Source: Thaumarchaeota archaeon UBA223 (GTDB lineage Archaea; Thermoproteota; Nitrososphaeria; Nitrososphaerales; UBA57). Taken from it: a stretch of DNA of 64,000 nucleotides. Position 1 is the stretch's first letter; each line of letters opens with the position of its first letter. The position numbers and the translations under genes are program-made. This document shows, piece after piece, positions 63,067-64,000 of the stretch. The stretch spans positions 1,008-65,007 of the forward strand of contig DAHJ01000022.1 in NCBI GenBank assembly GCA_002495905.1, read 5' to 3'. The notes beneath the pieces were generated by a model. That model did no database searches. It saw only the letters and a list, made by a program, of their open reading frames with translations, and was not told the origin of the DNA.

Positions 63067-63895
63067 GGAAAAAGAAGAAATAATTCGTATAATTAATAAA
63101 GTTGTCAAAGGATTAGACATAGAAGCAGTTTGTATGTATGGATCAAGAATTGCAGGATATGCAAATGAAGAAAGTGATTATGATTTAATCGTTGTAATCA
63201 ACAATTATGCAAAGAAAGTAAGATACAAATATATTTATGATAAGATAGAGATTTCTGCGATTTTTGTTGATAAAAATTCCATAATTACAGATGCAGAAGA
63301 AGGAAGTTTAGGAGAATTTGTCATTGGAAGATTATTAAATCCATATGATGTATTAATAAATCCAGAATTTTTTGATAAGATAGAGATCAAGTATAAGAAG
63401 AGAATAATTTTAGAAATAATAGATAATTTACAAATTAGATATAGAAGTTTAACTGAGTATTTAAGAATACCATCAGAATTTTTCTTATTTAATAGATTAA
63501 GATTCAGAATGAGAATATATCCTCCAGTAAAATACAGCTATATAATGACTTATTCAGGAAAAATTAATTCAAGAAATGTAAAACAAAGTGTAAAAGGTTT
63601 TAACGAGGCTGCCAAGTTATTACAAAAAGACAGTCAGTTACAATACGATAAAGGAGTTGTACGTCTGATTACTAACGGAAAAAATAACCCAATAATACGA
63701 GGATATAGGAAAAACAAGAATCGATTAAAAATCTCTAAGAGAATTATTATTCATTATTACGTACACCTGTTAGCTGGAAGAGTAAATTATAATATCGCAT
63801 TAAAAGAGTTATTTTCAAAAATAAATCGTAAGAAGAATATGAAAGAGGTTCCAGAACACTTGACAGAACCAGAAAAATTATTAAAAATTGTTTAG
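63041..63895 (+). CDS. Pol-beta-superfamily nucleotidyltransferase, possibly Tam41/Mmp37-like
   Basis: 284 aa. The NTase motif is CMYGSRIAGYANEESDYDLIVVI. The downstream LGEFVIGRLLNPYDVL resembles the Tam41 (Y/F)-x-AGRL-x-KP segment. It overlaps the upstream gene by 26 nt. Confidence 0.55.
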   Translation: MQKNQNRDKEKEEIIRIINKVVKGLDIEAVCMYGSRIAGYANEESDYDLIVVINNYAKKVRYKYIYDKIEISAIFVDKNSIITDAEEGSLGEFVIGRLLNPYDVLINPEFFDKIEIKYKKRIILEIIDNLQIRYRSLTEYLRIPSEFFLFNRLRFRMRIYPPVKYSYIMTYSGKINSRNVKQSVKGFNEAAKLLQKDSQLQYDKGVVRLITNGKNNPIIRGYRKNKNRLKISKRIIIHYYVHLLAGRVNYNIALKELFSKINRKKNMKEVPEHLTEPEKLLKIV

Positions 63896-63901
63896 AAAGA
63901 T

Positions 63902-64000
63902 TTAGTTTTTAGTTTTTTTGAAATCTGCATAACCACATTTACCGCAAGATAATCGATCAGAATGTTCAGCTAGGAAATTTCCTTTACCGCAACGAGGACA
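63902..64000 (-). CDS. rps27ae: 30S ribosomal protein S27ae, C-terminal part (N-terminus beyond the window)
   Basis: My own minus-strand translation from the window edge gives [32 protein letters not shown]-stop. This is the S27ae zinc-ribbon pattern CPRCG...H.DR..CGKCG. Confidence 0.8.
   Translation of the reverse strand, partial: CPRCGKGNFLAEHSDRLSCGKCGYADFKKTKN

Noticed and set aside
1-64000. CRISPR arrays, rRNA genes, insertion sequences, toxin-antitoxin pairs or known defence systems.
   Set aside because: I saw no regularly spaced direct repeats, no rRNA-like GC-rich structured stretches, and no transposase, integrase, Cas, restriction-enzyme or helicase-nuclease type ORFs among the translated frames.

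Overview
AT-rich, very tightly packed archaeal chromosome segment. Sampled lines run about 30-33% GC, and a ~5.3 kb stretch runs about 45%. Gene content indicates an archaeon: the PoK/PPS route to CoA, Sm protein, ribosomal proteins S8e and S27ae, SRP19, Trm1 and SMC-ScpAB. Together with a bacterial-type MetK, MenA and a large acidic glycoprotein gene, this is most consistent with an ammonia-oxidising Nitrososphaerota (Thaumarchaeota, Nitrosopumilales-like) genome; that assignment is inference. I support about 70 CDS, one tRNA-Arg(GCG), one clear hairpin plus oligo-U terminator and a few promoter or operator candidates. I found no rRNA, CRISPR array, transposase, integrase or prophage signature.

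Layout:
- 1-26 kb: housekeeping genes. These include trm1, srp19, rps8e, scpB-scpA-smc, a four-gene CoA-precursor operon, pyrG, pdxST, metK, an Sm protein, a RadB-like protein, an NFACT/RqcH homolog, pyrC, glycosyltransferases, a rhomboid protease and menA.
- 26.1-32.6 kb: a divergent eight-gene sulfur/selenium relay locus. It contains an atypical SelD-like enzyme, three TusA/YedF-like carriers, a tandem rhodanese, two YVTN beta-propellers (one with a Tat signal) and a YeeE/YedE permease.
- 32.7-55.3 kb: a cell-envelope island. Its two halves hold glycan genes: a flippase; a deacetylase/ATP-grasp/HAD triad; a UDP-Glc/GlcA/Xyl set; a C-methyl branched-sugar cassette; GDP-heptose genes; and several glycosyltransferases. 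They flank a higher-GC two-gene module: a 1395-aa sequon-rich candidate S-layer protein plus a 360-aa acidic, C-terminally anchored partner.
- 55.4-64 kb: a complete Asp-to-Thr pathway with an Lrp regulator, an HExxH protein overlapping a nucleotidyltransferase, and a partial rps27ae.

The most interesting candidates are the SelD-like/YeeE/TusA/propeller locus and the SlaA/SlaB-like envelope module with its dedicated heptose and branched-sugar genes.
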